From contig JBGPXN010000067.1 of NCBI GenBank assembly GCA_041492755.1, positions 1-22,357 on the forward strand: 22,357 nucleotides of DNA, written 5' to 3'. The stretch comes from Candidatus Methylomirabilia bacterium. Its GTDB lineage: Bacteria; Methylomirabilota; Methylomirabilia; Rokubacteriales; CSP1-6. A program made the translations under genes and the position numbers. A model generated the notes under the pieces. It searched no databases and was not told the DNA's origin. It saw only the letters and a program-made list of their open reading frames with translations. Of the stretch, positions 5,545 through 14,003 are shown piece after piece. Every line of letters starts with the position of its first letter. Position 1 is the stretch's first letter.

Positions 5545-7893
5545 GTGCTTCGGCTCGTCGCCCCGTGGTGCGCGCTCCTTGCGCTCGTCCTGCTCGCTCC
5601 CCCCGGTGTCGCTCTCGCCCAGATCCCCGATTTTTCTGCCATAGACGACGCGGTTACCGACGCCCTGCGCTCCGGCGAGATCCCGGGTGTGGTCGTCCTC
5701 GTCGGGCGGAATGGCGAGACGCTCTATCACCGTGCCTTCGGGTCCCGCGCCGTCGTGCCGGATCCCGTGCCGATGACGACCGACACCATCTTCGACGTCG
5801 CGTCGCTCACCAAGCCGCTCGGCACGACGCTGGCCGTGCTCGCGCTGGCCGAGCGCGGCGCGCTCAGTCTGGACGCGCCGCTCGGCCGGTATCTGAAGGA
5901 GTTCCGGGCCCGCGCGTACAAGGACGTGAGCGTGCGCCGGATGCTCACCCATAGCGCTGGCCTTCCGTCCATCCCGGCGCCCGGCACGCTCAGTGGCGGC
6001 TTCCCTGGAGCCGCCCGCGCTCTCGCCCGCAAGCCGCTGGACTACCGTCCCGGAACCGGGTTTCAGTACAGCGACACCGGCTTCATCCTTCTCGGCGAGG
6101 TGGTCCGCCGGGTGAGCGGCGAGCCGCTCGACGTCTTCCTCGCGCGCCTGCTCTTCCAGCCGCTCGGCCTTCGCGATACGAGTTTCCACCCGCCGGCAAA
6201 GGTCCTTGCGCGGGTCGCGCCCACCGAGTTCCACGCCGGGATCCTGCTGCAGGGACGGGTCCACGACCCGCGCGCGCGATTGCTCGACGGCGTGGCCGGG
6301 CACGCCGGGATGTTCTCGACGGCGGCCGACCTCTCCCGCCTGCTCCGGATGCTGCTCGCGGGCGGCGAGCTCGATGGCCAGCGCATCCTCAAGGCCGCCA
6401 CCGTGCGCCTGATGTGGACGCCAGTCGCGGAAACCGATGGCAACCGGGCGCTCGGCTGGGACGTGTCCTCGGCGTTCTCCCGAACGATGGCGCCGTTCTT
6501 CCCCTCGGGATCGGTCGGGCATACCGGCTTCACCGGCACCGCCGTCTGGGTCGATCCGAACACGCGCACGTACATGATCCTATTGACCAACCGCGTGCAC
6601 CCCAACGGCGGCGGCGCCGCGCGGATCCAGGAGCTGCGGTCGCGCGTCGCCGCGGCCGTCGGCAGCGCGCTCTTCCGTGGAGCGCCGCCGGCGAGCGCGG
6701 CTGCCGCCGGGCCCGCCGCCGACGCGGACACCGCCCCGACGGTTCCCGCGCTGCCGCGCGCCCAGGAGCCCGTGCGTACGGGGCTCGACCGGGTCGTCGC
6801 CGACGGGTTCGCGCTCTTCAAGGGAAAGTCGATCGCGCTCGTCACCAACCAGACCGGGCTCGACGTGCGCGGCCGGCGGGGCATCGACTTGTTCGCGGCG
6901 GCGCCGAACGTGCGGCTGCGGGCGGTGTTCTCGCCCGAGCACGGCATCACGGGCAGCGCCAACACCGACGTGCCCCACGGCAAGGACCCGGCAACCGGGG
7001 TGCCGATCTGGAGCCTCTACGGCCCGGCGCGCCGGCCGACGCCGGAGATGCTCCAGGGCGTGGACATGCTCGTCTTCGACGTGCAGGACGTCGGTGTGCG
7101 GTACTACACGTACCTGACCACCCTGCTGTACGTCATGGAGGAGGCGGCCCGCCACAACCTCTCGGTCGTCGTGCTGGACCGGCCGAATCCCATCACGGGC
7201 CGCGTCGTGGAAGGTCCGGTGATGGATCCCGATCTCCGGTCGTTCACGGGCCCGCATCCGCTCCCGGTGCGGACCGGACTCACCATCGGTGAGTTCGGGC
7301 GGCTGGCGGCGGCCGAGCGGAAGCTCGGCGTTCGGCTGACCGTGGTCCCGCTCGCCGGCTGGGAGCGCGGTCGGTGGTACGACGAAACCGGTCTGCCGTG
7401 GGTCAACCCCTCGCCGAACATCCGCTCGGTGACCCAGGCCTTGCTCTACGCGGGCGTGGGGCTGCTGGAAGCGACGAACCTGTCCGTCGGGCGCGGGACC
7501 GACCTGCCGTTCGAGGTCATCGGCGCGCCGTGGCTGGATGGGATGCGGGTCGCCGACGCGATGAACCGGCGCGGGCTCGCCGGTATCCGCTTCGAGCCCA
7601 TCACGTTCACGCCGACGGGCGATCGTTACGCCCGCACGGCGTGTGGCGGCGTGCGCATGATCGTGACCGACCGTGACGCGGTGCGCCCCGTGACCGTAGG
7701 GCTGGCCCTCGCCGCCTCGCTACGTCAGTTTCACCGTGGTGAGTTCAAGGCCGAGGGCGTCCAGAACCTTCTCGTGAACCGCGCGACCATGTGGGCGCTG
7801 TTGAGGGGCGAGCCCTTCGAGCGGCTGCGCACCTGGGCCGAGATCGACCGCAGCAGCTTCCTGACCCGGCGGGCGTCGTATCTCATGTATTAG
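5545..7893 (+). CDS. Secreted fusion of a beta-lactamase-family serine hydrolase (YbbE/AmiE-like) and an exo-beta-N-acetylmuramidase NamZ (DUF1343) domain
   Basis: Signal peptide ending ALA-Q. SxxK in FDVASLTK, FQYSD and GHTGFTG. Ala/Pro linker. NamZ motifs LVTNQTG, FSPEHG, FDVQDVGVRYYTY, LDRPNP, PSPN and NLSVGRGT. Confidence 0.92.
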   Translation: MLRLVAPWCALLALVLLAPPGVALAQIPDFSAIDDAVTDALRSGEIPGVVVLVGRNGETLYHRAFGSRAVVPDPVPMTTDTIFDVASLTKPLGTTLAVLALAERGALSLDAPLGRYLKEFRARAYKDVSVRRMLTHSAGLPSIPAPGTLSGGFPGAARALARKPLDYRPGTGFQYSDTGFILLGEVVRRVSGEPLDVFLARLLFQPLGLRDTSFHPPAKVLARVAPTEFHAGILLQGRVHDPRARLLDGVAGHAGMFSTAADLSRLLRMLLAGGELDGQRILKAATVRLMWTPVAETDGNRALGWDVSSAFSRTMAPFFPSGSVGHTGFTGTAVWVDPNTRTYMILLTNRVHPNGGGAARIQELRSRVAAAVGSALFRGAPPASAAAAGPAADADTAPTVPALPRAQEPVRTGLDRVVADGFALFKGKSIALVTNQTGLDVRGRRGIDLFAAAPNVRLRAVFSPEHGITGSANTDVPHGKDPATGVPIWSLYGPARRPTPEMLQGVDMLVFDVQDVGVRYYTYLTTLLYVMEEAARHNLSVVVLDRPNPITGRVVEGPVMDPDLRSFTGPHPLPVRTGLTIGEFGRLAAAERKLGVRLTVVPLAGWERGRWYDETGLPWVNPSPNIRSVTQALLYAGVGLLEATNLSVGRGTDLPFEVIGAPWLDGMRVADAMNRRGLAGIRFEPITFTPTGDRYARTACGGVRMIVTDRDAVRPVTVGLALAASLRQFHRGEFKAEGVQNLLVNRATMWALLRGEPFERLRTWAEIDRSSFLTRRASYLMY

Positions 7894-7932
7894 CGCGAAG
7901 ACGGGGAAAGAGAGCTGAGGGGGCGCGGGGGG

Positions 7933-8901
7933 CTAGCGCTCGACAACCTTGAGCGAGGGCGGGAGGGGGGAGCGGAGGCGGTCGCGGCGCGTGGCGGGGA
8001 TGGTGAGGACGGCGGCGTCGCCGTCGCTCACGAAGCGTTCGTCCGGTTGCTTGTCGAAGTAGCCGAGCCAGTAGGTGAGGTCGCGCTCCACGGCCTGGAT
8101 TCGCGGCATGCGGACGGGGTCGAAGTTGCGCGAGAATGGTGAGGGCGCGGCGCCGCCGGCCACCATGAGAATGCCGTCATGCTGGTAGCTGGCGCCTTGC
8201 GCGGTGCCTCGCAACGCCCAGCTCACGTCGCGTGGATAGACGCCGTGGGGCAGGGCGAGCGTGCGGATCTTGTAGCCGGGCACGTGGCGCTGGATCCAGA
8301 CCTGCGCCTGTGCGATCTGGCCCCGCACCGTGGCCTCGTCGTACTTGCCGAGATTGGCGTGCCACAGGGTGTGGTTGCCGATCTCGTAGCCCTTCTCGGC
8401 CAGGAAGCGCAGCTTGCGCCCCTCGTGCTCGGGCTGGTCGAACAGCCGGTTGGGACGACTGGCGCCGGGCAGCACGAAGAACGTCGCGGCGCGTCCGAAG
8501 TCGGGGTGGGCCTCGATGAAGGCTTCCAGGATCCCGATCCCGGATTTCGGATCGATCATCTGGCGGCCGTCACGCTCGACGTAGCGGAACTGGCCGGGCG
8601 AAGAGTCGTCGAACGTCAGGACCACCGGCGTGGTGCCGGCGGGCGTGCCGATCCGGCCGTCAAGGAGGTCCCCGAGCCCGAGCAGGCGATAGCCGCGCGC
8701 GTACAGCGTCTCGAGGTCACGCCGGAAGTTCTCCGGTGTCCGTGTCCAGCGCTCCTCCGGGTAATCGATCTTGTGGTACTCGAGGATCATCACCCGGCCG
8801 AGCTCGTTGGGCGGAAGCGACTGCGCGTGAACGACGCCGGGCAACAGGGAAGCGGCCAGGCCAGCGAGGAGAGCGACGACGGCGGCCAGGAGCGGGCTCA
8901 C
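7933..8901 (-). CDS. Secreted polysaccharide deacetylase (CE4/NodB family)
   Basis: GTG 8901 overlaps the upstream TGA (GTGA). Signal peptide ending VHA-Q. Motifs ILEYH, LTFDDS, ATFFV, GNHTLWH and ALPHG. Confidence 0.9.
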   Translation of the reverse strand: MSPLLAAVVALLAGLAASLLPGVVHAQSLPPNELGRVMILEYHKIDYPEERWTRTPENFRRDLETLYARGYRLLGLGDLLDGRIGTPAGTTPVVLTFDDSSPGQFRYVERDGRQMIDPKSGIGILEAFIEAHPDFGRAATFFVLPGASRPNRLFDQPEHEGRKLRFLAEKGYEIGNHTLWHANLGKYDEATVRGQIAQAQVWIQRHVPGYKIRTLALPHGVYPRDVSWALRGTAQGASYQHDGILMVAGGAAPSPFSRNFDPVRMPRIQAVERDLTYWLGYFDKQPDERFVSDGDAAVLTIPATRRDRLRSPLPPSLKVVER

Positions 8902-10442
8902 CGGGCGGCGAGTGGACTCTTGGGGCGCAGCGCGGCGCCGGTGTAGTCGTTCCGCGGGTTCCAGAGCATCCAGCCCGCCGCGCCCGCTTCCTCGGCGCCC
9001 CTGATCTGGGCGCGAATCTCCGGCACTCCGAAGATGCGGCGGTCGAACGCGTAGTCCTTGAAGTCTTGCAGCCACGGACGCACCCGCACGGTGGCGTGCG
9101 CGGAACGCTTGCGCGTGAGCTTCACGCTCTCGTGGACGATCGCGTACGGGTTCGCCACCGGGTTCCGGTAACCCGGGATGCCGACGTGGTAGCCCGAGGG
9201 GTACACCATCGGGCACAGATAGTCCACGTGCGGCGCCAGCTCCTCGATCCGCTGACCGATGTCGGTGTCGTTCTCGTTGAACGCGGTGTAGCCGAAGATG
9301 TCCGTGCCCAGGAAGACGCCGGTGGCGCCGACTTCGCGCCGGGCGCGCTCCAGGAACGCGGCGATGGTCGGCAGCCGCGTTTCCTTGGTGTTGGGCCTGG
9401 CGTAGCGTGCCGCCGCCAGCTTGCCGTCGGTCGGGAAGCGGACGTAGTCGAGCTGCACCTCGTCAAAGCCCTTGGCCGCCGCTTCCTTCGCGATGGCGAT
9501 GTTGTAGGCCCACACCTCCTCGCGGAACGGATCGACCCAGGCCAGCTTCTCGTTGTCGATCCACGGCTTGCCGGTGCGGGTGTCGATGATCGCCAGGTCG
9601 GGGCGGTGCTGCGCGAGCACGTTGTCCTTGAAGACGACGATGCGGGCGATCGTATAGATGCCACGGGCCCGCAGCTCGGCGAGCATGCCCTCGATGTCGC
9701 GCAGCATCACCGCGCCCTGGGCGCCGGCGGCGAGCGCGAGCGGGACCTCCGTACGGTAGGGGATCCAGCCACGATCGCCCTTGATGTCGATGACGACGGC
9801 GTTGAGCTCGGTCTTGTCGACCAGCTCCATGACGCGTCCGCGAATGCCCTTGTCGGCGAAGCCGAAATAGGTGAGGTACGCCGCCTTGACCACGCGCGGC
9901 TTCAGCACGATCTCCAGGGGCTTGGAGGTCGGGGTGACGATCGCCCGGTCGAAGCCCGGCATCTTGACGACGAGCGGTGTGACGGTGCCCGCCCCGCCCG
10001 CGATGCTGAAATTGCCCTCCCCGTCGGCCCGGACCTCGGTGCCGGCCAGCACGACCGACACCCCGGCGGCTGGGGTTCGGTTGTCGTCCAGCACCCGCCC
10101 GGTCACCTGGGTCGGCCACGCTGGTGGCGCAGGCGACGCCTGACGCGCACTGGGTGCGGGGGCCGCCGGCTCTTCGACCGACGGCGGTGTCGCGGGGAGG
10201 CCTGTGTCGGGCGTCGGCGACGCGGGAGCGCTCGCCGCGCCCGGGTCCACGGAGCCGGATCCGGGCAGGCCGGCGCTCGTGATCGCCATGGTGACGGGGA
10301 TCGCGGAATGAGGCACGCGCGCCCGCACCGTGGAAGGATTCAGAATCGCGTAGCCGGTGACGATTGCGAGAAGGAGGAGGCTCAGCGCAAGGCCGCCCTC
10401 GAAGAGGTTGCGTCGTTTCGAGGACGTTGGAACTTCCTGCAT
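8898..10442 (-). CDS. Membrane-anchored putative glycoside hydrolase (DUF4015) with a Pro/Ala linker and carboxypeptidase-regulatory-like domain
   Basis: N-terminal TM helix and VTGRVLD...AGVSV domain, then TELNAVVIDIK, IARIVVFKD, WVDP, GFDEVQLDYVRFP, PMVYPS, RPWLQDF and GWMLWN. ATG 10442 is preferred to TTG 10472, but the start is uncertain. Confidence 0.88.
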   Translation of the reverse strand: MQEVPTSSKRRNLFEGGLALSLLLLAIVTGYAILNPSTVRARVPHSAIPVTMAITSAGLPGSGSVDPGAASAPASPTPDTGLPATPPSVEEPAAPAPSARQASPAPPAWPTQVTGRVLDDNRTPAAGVSVVLAGTEVRADGEGNFSIAGGAGTVTPLVVKMPGFDRAIVTPTSKPLEIVLKPRVVKAAYLTYFGFADKGIRGRVMELVDKTELNAVVIDIKGDRGWIPYRTEVPLALAAGAQGAVMLRDIEGMLAELRARGIYTIARIVVFKDNVLAQHRPDLAIIDTRTGKPWIDNEKLAWVDPFREEVWAYNIAIAKEAAAKGFDEVQLDYVRFPTDGKLAAARYARPNTKETRLPTIAAFLERARREVGATGVFLGTDIFGYTAFNENDTDIGQRIEELAPHVDYLCPMVYPSGYHVGIPGYRNPVANPYAIVHESVKLTRKRSAHATVRVRPWLQDFKDYAFDRRIFGVPEIRAQIRGAEEAGAAGWMLWNPRNDYTGAALRPKSPLAAR

Positions 10443-10522
10443 CGCTACTCGTGACCATACCGAACCGTTCAATCGCGACCAAGAAAAATTTTCGTCATGA
10501 GCGATCGGCTAGAATTTCACTC

Positions 10523-10543
10523 ATGAACGCGACTTGCAAATGA
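10523..10543 (+). other. Candidate leaderless micro-ORF MNATCK
   Basis: TAGAAT (10510-10515), 7 nt, then ATG. Its TGA overlaps the in-frame ATG 10540 of the hydrolase (ATGA). Confidence 0.4.
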
Positions 10544-11385
10544 CAGATTTACAACTCGGATGTGACGTGGCACGTCACCGTACCCTCGAAATCCGCGGAA
10601 TCCCGCTGCACATGCTCGAGTCCGGACCGCCGGGTGCGCCTGGACTCTGTTTTCTGCACGGCGGCGCCGCTCATGCGCACTGGTTTGACCGTGTCACCTC
10701 GGCCTTTGCAGACCGCTTTCATGTCGTTGCGCTGGACCAACGCGGCCACGGAGAGAGCGGCTGGGCGCGGCCGCCCGCGTACGGCACCGAGGACTTCGTC
10801 GCCGATCTCCGCGCGCTCGTCGACGCGCTCGGCTGGAAGCGCTTCGTCCTGGCCGGTCACTCGATGGGCGGGCACAACGCCATGGCCTTCACGGCGTGGC
10901 ATCCCGAGCGGGTGCGCGCGCTGGTGGTGATCGACGCGCGACCCGCGATCCCCGCCGAGCGCCTGGAGGTGATGCAGCGCCGCGGAGCGCGGACGCCTCG
11001 GCGCCACGCGACGGTTCAGGAGGCCGTCGCGTCGTTCCGCCTGTTACCGCGCGAGACGGCGGCCGACCCGGCGCTCCTGGCGCACATCGCGCGCGCGGGG
11101 ATCGTCGAGCGCGACGGCCGGTGGGTCGCGCGGTTCGACCCCGACACCAATCGGCTCCGGCGGCCCACCGATGGATGGCGTCTGCTCGATCGTATCTCCG
11201 CGCCCACGCTGGTCGTGCGGGCCGAGCGGAGTCCGGTATTGCCGCCGGACATGGTGGAGCGGATGCTCGGGCTCATCCCGCACGCCGCCTTCGTCGAGAT
11301 CCCGGGCGCTTACCATCACCTCGTGCTCGACGCACCGGAGGCCTTCACCGCCGCCGTCGACGGCTTCGTGAAGACGCTTTCGTGA
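10540..11385 (+). CDS. Alpha/beta fold hydrolase (alternative start GTG 10567)
   Basis: FLHGG oxyanion motif, ALDQRGHGES, nucleophile elbow GHSMGG and a C-terminal His in GAYHHL. Confidence 0.92.
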   Translation: MTDLQLGCDVARHRTLEIRGIPLHMLESGPPGAPGLCFLHGGAAHAHWFDRVTSAFADRFHVVALDQRGHGESGWARPPAYGTEDFVADLRALVDALGWKRFVLAGHSMGGHNAMAFTAWHPERVRALVVIDARPAIPAERLEVMQRRGARTPRRHATVQEAVASFRLLPRETAADPALLAHIARAGIVERDGRWVARFDPDTNRLRRPTDGWRLLDRISAPTLVVRAERSPVLPPDMVERMLGLIPHAAFVEIPGAYHHLVLDAPEAFTAAVDGFVKTLS

Positions 11386-11491
11386 AACGATTTCGCCTGA
11401 AACGAATGTTCCAGCGCGGATCGAGCGGGCGGAGTCGTGGCCTGACCCGGGACGCGGAGCCCTGGCCTGTGCCTTGCTACCTGATCCAGCG

Positions 11492-12151
11492 ATGTCAATC
11501 GCTTATGTCCCGGGGCAACCCTCCGGCACCTCGCTCGTCGAACGCTGCCTGCGTCTTATTGGCCGCCAGGGCCGCCACCTGCGCGTGAGTCTGGCCAAAC
11601 GGGGGCTGGCGGAGACGGCGTACTGGGCCGCCTTCGGGTATCTCTGGCCCCGGCGGTTCATTCTCCTCGCGGCCAACGCCGAGGAGCAGACCGTCGAGCG
11701 CGCCGACGTCAGCTTCGCGCTCTGGACCGCCGCCGAAGTCCGCGAGGGCTGCCGCGACACCCGCCGCGTGCCTTTGGAGCTCCATCTCCACGAGGTGGAC
11801 CGGGTCGACCTCTGCGCGGTTGCCGTCACTCCCGACGGCATGCTGGCGGGCGCGATCTGGGTCTATCGGGCCGGCGATCCCAGCCGCATGTTCCACCTGG
11901 TGGATGGCGAGGCGGAGCTGAACTACGGATGCGTGCTGCCGTCCTACCAGCGGCGGGGCGTCTTCGGCGATCTGCTGCGCCACACGTGCTCGGCCTTGCG
12001 GGAGCACGGCGTGAAACACGTCTACGCGGCGGTTCACGACAGCAACGTGCGGTCGGTGCGCGCCTTCATCGAGGCCGGGTTCGCCCCCTTCGCCGTCCTC
12101 CGCCACTTCTTTCTGTACCGGCCGAAGCTTCCCCGCTGGAAGCTGCCGTAG
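11492..12151 (+). CDS. GNAT-family N-acetyltransferase
   Basis: Motif A VLPSYQRRGVF and motif B VHDSNVRSVRAFIEAGF. ATG 11492 chosen as start. Confidence 0.8.
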   Translation: MSIAYVPGQPSGTSLVERCLRLIGRQGRHLRVSLAKRGLAETAYWAAFGYLWPRRFILLAANAEEQTVERADVSFALWTAAEVREGCRDTRRVPLELHLHEVDRVDLCAVAVTPDGMLAGAIWVYRAGDPSRMFHLVDGEAELNYGCVLPSYQRRGVFGDLLRHTCSALREHGVKHVYAAVHDSNVRSVRAFIEAGFAPFAVLRHFFLYRPKLPRWKLP

Positions 12152-12198
12152 AGACCTCAGCGCAGATCTCCCCGGCGCCGAGCCGTAGAATGCCCCAG

Positions 12199-12240
12199 AT
12201 GACCGCAATTCGCCGCACACGCCGATTCGCCTCACCCTGA
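12199..12240 (+). other. Candidate leaderless micro-ORF MTAIRRTRRFASP
   Basis: TAGAAT (12186-12191), 7 nt, then ATG 12199. Its TGA ends 1 nt before GTG 12242. Confidence 0.35.
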
Positions 12241-12241
12241 C

Positions 12242-12976
12242 GTGACGGACGGCCCCGCGCGCGCCGCCTGCGTGGCCGAGACCCTCCGTCTCATGGCGGA
12301 GATCGACGGCTGGCTCACGCCCAAAGAAGGCCGGCTGCTCTACACGCTCGCCCGCGCCTGTGCCGGCCGCGGCGTGATCGTCGAGATCGGCGCCTGGAAG
12401 GGCCGCTCCACGGTGTGTCTCGCCCGTGGCGCTCGGGATGGTCATCACCCGCGCGTCTTCGCGGTCGACCCGCACACGGGCTCGCCCGAGCATCGCGCCG
12501 CCTGGGGCGCGGTCGACACCGTCCAGGAGTTCGCGCGGAACCTCGCGCGCGCCGGCGTGGACGACGTCGTCGTGCCGCTGGTCCAGACCTCCGAGGAGGC
12601 GGCCCGTGCCCTGGACGAGCCGGTCGAGCTGATCTTCATCGATGGTGCCCACGAATACGAAGCGGTCGAGCGCGACTTCGAGCTGTGGTTCCCGAAGGTG
12701 GCCAGCGGTGGGGTGATGGCGTTCCACGACTCGAGCGGCTGGCCAGGCGTCCGGCGGGTCGTCGGCCGCCGGCTGTACCGGTCGTCGCGCTTCCGCGACG
12801 TTCACTTCGTGGATTCGATCACCGCGGGCGAGAAGGTCGACCGCAACACGCTCGCCGACCGCCTCGCCAACCGGCGCGCGCTGGCCTTGAAGCGGCTCTG
12901 CGAGCTCGGCAGCCGGCTGCATCTGCCGCCGGCGGTTCGGCACCGGGGGCGCGCCCTCCTGGAGCGCCTGGTCTGA
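12242..12976 (+). CDS. Class I SAM-dependent methyltransferase (Methyltransf_24-like)
   Basis: IDGWL...EG, VEIGAWKGRST, AVDPH, LIFIDGAHEYEAV and GGVMAFHD. Confidence 0.9.
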   Translation: MTDGPARAACVAETLRLMAEIDGWLTPKEGRLLYTLARACAGRGVIVEIGAWKGRSTVCLARGARDGHHPRVFAVDPHTGSPEHRAAWGAVDTVQEFARNLARAGVDDVVVPLVQTSEEAARALDEPVELIFIDGAHEYEAVERDFELWFPKVASGGVMAFHDSSGWPGVRRVVGRRLYRSSRFRDVHFVDSITAGEKVDRNTLADRLANRRALALKRLCELGSRLHLPPAVRHRGRALLERLV

Positions 12977-13033
12977 CGATGCCGTCGGCGCGCCGGCGGT
13001 AGCGCTCCGGCCGCGCCCGAAACGCCGGCCCGC

Positions 13034-13981
13034 TCAGCGGCGGGCGGCGGGACCGACGGTGGTGGCGAAGCGTTCCATGCGATCGAGGCTTTCGGCGGGG
13101 CTCTCGCTGCGGAAATCGAACACCAGCTCGCTGACGCCGAGCGCCGCGTAGGTCTCGATGTCCTCGCGCACCTGCTCGGGGGCGCCGGCGAAGGGCCTGC
13201 GGTCCGGGCCGGTCACCCGGGTCGCCGCCACGTCGTAGACCGGGGCCTTGTAGGAGATGGCGAGCGCGCGGGGGTCGCGGCCTGCCGCCTCGGTCGGCCG
13301 GTAGAGCTCGTCGCGGAGTCCGCGGAACTCCGCCGGCGCCAGCGGTACGGCCGGGTTCGCGCCGACGGGATGCCAGCCGTCACCGAGCTTGGCCGCCCGG
13401 CGGAGCGCGGCGCGACTGTGGCCACCGATCCAGATCGGCGGATGCGGCTTCTGCACGGGCTGCGGTTCGAAGCGCAGCGACTCGAAGCGGTAGAACTCGC
13501 CCTTGAAGGATGCCGGTGACGTCGTCCACAGCGTCTTGAAGATCCGCAGATACTCGTCGCTGACCGCGCCGCGGCGGTCGAAGTCGGGCGCGCCGAGCGC
13601 CTCGAACTCCTCCCGCAACCAGCCGACGCCGACGCCGACGGTGAGGCGGCCGCGCGAGAGCACGTCGACCGTGGCCAGCATCTTGGCCGTCAGCACCGGG
13701 TTCCGGTAGGGCAGGATCATCACGCTGGTGACCAGGCGCAGCGTCCGCGTCCGCGCGGCGGCGAACGCGGCGAGCGTCAACTGGTCGAAGGCATCGCCGC
13801 CGCCCGGGAACACGCCACCGACGGTGTACGGGTATTTCGAGTCGATCTTCGTGGGGAAGACGATGTGGTCGGCGATCATGACGGAGTGGAAGCCGAGCGC
13901 TTCGGCCCGCGAGAGCAGTGTTTCGAGGGCGTCAGGGGTTGCGGTGGCTCCGCGCGTCGGCAGATAGAACCCGTAACGCAT
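13034..13981 (-). CDS. Luciferase-like (LLM) oxidoreductase, probably of the F420-dependent Rv2161c-like class
   Basis: True start MRYGFYLP at 13981. Motifs AEALGFHSVMIADHIV, LPYRNP, DVLSRGRLTVGVGVGWLREEFEALG, PVQKPHPPIWIGG and GDGWHP. Confidence 0.92.
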   Translation of the reverse strand: MRYGFYLPTRGATATPDALETLLSRAEALGFHSVMIADHIVFPTKIDSKYPYTVGGVFPGGGDAFDQLTLAAFAAARTRTLRLVTSVMILPYRNPVLTAKMLATVDVLSRGRLTVGVGVGWLREEFEALGAPDFDRRGAVSDEYLRIFKTLWTTSPASFKGEFYRFESLRFEPQPVQKPHPPIWIGGHSRAALRRAAKLGDGWHPVGANPAVPLAPAEFRGLRDELYRPTEAAGRDPRALAISYKAPVYDVAATRVTGPDRRPFAGAPEQVREDIETYAALGVSELVFDFRSESPAESLDRMERFATTVGPAARR

Positions 13982-13997
13982 GGTCGGTGCAGCGCCG

Positions 13998-14003
13998 ATT
14001 ATA
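13998..14003 (-). promoter_or_regulatory. Consensus -10 TATAAT overlapping the livF-like stop codon
   Basis: Minus strand reads gcgTATAATcggcgctgcaccgaccATG, 16 nt before the LLM start, with no SD. Confidence 0.5.

Noticed and set aside
5545..6680. Beta-lactam resistance gene
   Set aside because: The SxxK fold is shared by many esterases and amidases, and fusion to NamZ points to cell-wall turnover instead.
8736..10454. 572-aa plus-strand ORF (similarly 11495-12943 and 17585-18979)
   Set aside because: Antisense shadows of well-supported genes.
10561..10579. CRP/FNR site (TGTGA...TCAC)
   Set aside because: The half-site spacing is 9 nt rather than the 6 nt required.
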